Below, in pieces: positions 61,761-64,000 of a stretch of 64,000 bases of DNA. Below the pieces are notes generated by a model that had not been told where the DNA came from, ran no database searches, and saw nothing but the letters and a program-made list of their open reading frames with translations. Position 1 is the first letter of the stretch. Each line of letters begins with the position of its first letter. The position numbers and the translations under genes were made by a program. Source of the stretch: Lama glama (Eukaryota); contig CM052818.1 in NCBI GenBank assembly GCA_028534125.1, positions 32,242,001 to 32,306,000 of the forward strand, read 5' to 3'.

Positions 61761-64000
61761 TATGAATAGCAACAAAGATGGAATTAGAAACTCGGGCCTC
61801 CTGAATCCTTTATCTGGGATGTTGTACATCTCACCCACAGGGGACAAATTCAAATCACAGGTTTATTTATGGTTGAGCCTGAGTGGAAAATATGTTCTGC
61901 TAAGAAGACAAAGAACTGCCTTAGATCTGAAAGTTATGAATTCTAGGCAGTTATAAGTATTGGCCGGAGACTTGAGGGACAGTTCTGCCTGCCCAGGACT
62001 GAGCATGGAGCACAGGTGATGTGCGTGGACTCTACACACAGAACCAGATGTGCTGCTAATGTGGACAGCTGACACACGGACAAAATCAGAGTGTGCCATG
62101 GGATGGGGGAGAGGGAAGTTCTGCCTGTCTGTCATTATTCAGGCCAGTTCTTTCCTGAAAATTCTGTTTAAATTTCTTCATACAGAAGGCCCATGAACTG
62201 AGCAGCCCTCTCAGCTCTGTGCAGGCTCTGCAGATGAGTAACAGGGCAATCAGTCATGGGTGGGCTTGACTTCAGAGGTGTTGGTCATCTGTCAGGCTGA
62301 GGCCCCTGAGCCTAACAGGGACCTCATGTTTACTAAAGGCAATCTTGAGAATGGGCTGGGAGCAGTTCAGCTCATAGCCTCAGAGATTCTCATTCCACCT
62401 CAAATCCTAAGGAGTCAGTGCAAAGCGGTTCTGGGCAGAAGGAATGGAGCGTGGAGAGGTGTGGGAGAGGGGCTTCAGGAGGTCAGAATTCCCGGGGAAA
62501 ACTGGGGACGACACAGGGTGGTGGATTTGGTAGAATGAAGCGTTCGTTCCTTCAGCCTTTTCTTTTTAAGGTGCCATGGCCTTCCCTGAATTGCATCCCC
62601 AGGGAATAGAAGGGGGTGACTTGTCCCAAGGTCATGCTCATCAGTGATAGGGATGGAGAAATGTCACTCTGGGCCTTGTTGGCTCTGCAATTATTCAAAT
62701 GCTTTGCTTATAATACAATCACAGCTCTCAGCTCTGATTATTGGCATCATCAACAACATCTATTAATGGATTTCAAGCTCCTCTGGGTACGGGGCGTTGT
62801 ACCAGATGCTGAACAGTGCCAAATAGAGATTCAGAAAATGAAAGGCAGAAAAGAGCAGAAAGTGGACCAAACCAGGCATCATTCTGGGTATCAAGATCTA
62901 AATCAGCCTGAATCCATTCCTGTGAGCTAATCTTAAAGGGCCAGAGCCTCCCAAATTTCAGAAGGGTATTTAATTATTCCAGAGTCTTCTTATCATTCCT
63001 GTCTCCATTATTTTCAGCTGCCTACTTTTAACTAGACATATTTAAACTTCTATTAGTTTTCCTTTATCCCTTTTGTTAAATAAACTGTCTCTTTATCACC
63101 TCTCAGCCTCTCCCAGTGTGGCTGTCTGCAGGGAGAGAACTAGCAGAAATCTAACAGTTGAAACAAAATAAATAGGTGAAGGAGAGCTTGCCTCCAAATT
63201 GGCCAGAGCTTGCTGTGTTCGCACAGTGGCACCTTGCTACCTGGCATTTCTACTTGATGGCACCTTAGGAACTCAGCACAAAGTAAAGAGACACGCTTTG
63301 CTGAAAATGCCTGTCACCCCGGCATGAAGCGTGCTCAACCCACTGCAGAGCTCTGAACATCTGCTCTGCCTCCTTTCGTGCATGTGCTTTTAAGCTGATG
63401 GTGGGAGACAGCCTGCCAGAAGCGTCTGAGTTTCCACTGAAGACATATTGTAGGTTAGAAGGCAGACGGCATTGTTGTATTGAAAACCTGTTCATCAGAG
63501 TTTCGAAAAGGAATAGATATGAAAGGTTCAAATTAACCCTTCAGGGTTTCTCCATCTAACCAGGCCTTAAGCTCTGTGTCTCATTAATCTTTAATGAACA
63601 ACGAAGAAAATGTGTCGCTGGCTAATTATTGTGTAGGGTGGCAGATGCTGTGCAAGGAGAAGTCCCCAGAGTCACATCATTTAAAGGGACACTGTCAAAA
63701 AGAAAGTCTTATTTTGAAGCAGACTCCCTGACCTGTAACATTATCCATTCCTTGTTAAACGTGAATTACGCTTCTCTCTCGACATTTTTGCCATTGTCTA
63801 GGTCTCAAGGATTTGAACTTTAAAAGTCTGGAGCAATCAGGTGATGGAAACTGGAAGGACTTACGTGCTGCTTCTCGTGTCATGATGCCTGCTTGGAATG
63901 TCTTTCCCTGCCTCTACTTCCTTCAAATTCTTCTTAGTTAATCTTGTCCTTATGCTGAGCTAGGCTCTCCCTTACTTTGAATTTTGTTAGTACTTAAGCA

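Noticed and set aside
1..64000. CRISPR arrays, operons, rRNA, CpG-island promoter, intact ERV or transposase genes
   Set aside because: Mammalian repeat-rich DNA; no regularly spaced repeats, long ORFs or CpG island seen.

Overview
Mammalian genomic DNA, most likely camelid (alpaca/camel). The evidence is two tRNA-Ala-derived vic-1-type SINEs, a cetartiodactyl-type young L1 3' end, and no Alu, B1/B2 or Bov-tA. I recognise no multi-exon protein-coding gene; the ORF track is mostly chance ORFs or repeat remnants. Much of the window is transposon-derived: four large antisense L1 blocks, six MaLR/ERV solo LTRs (all minus strand), many MIR/L2/L3 fragments and several hAT MITEs (MER5A, MER3, MER58, MER119-like, ORSL-like). 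There is one 500-N gap (14092-14591). The minus-strand bias of L1s and LTRs suggests a large intron of a plus-strand gene. Best leads: (1) a ~950-bp candidate processed retrocopy at 39155-40104 with faint HNRNPC/RALY-like motifs; (2) three frame-preserving plus-strand microexon candidates (21, 18 and 21 nt) and a TGCATG (RBFOX-motif) cluster; (3) a young L1 that splits an old DNA transposon and runs into the gap; (4) a 48-bp L1 insertion with a 16-bp TSD; (5) several repeat-free, motif-rich islands that look like enhancers. Repeat subfamily names come from my recollection of consensus sequences and boundaries are approximate. I found no convincing evidence of a wholly novel system.
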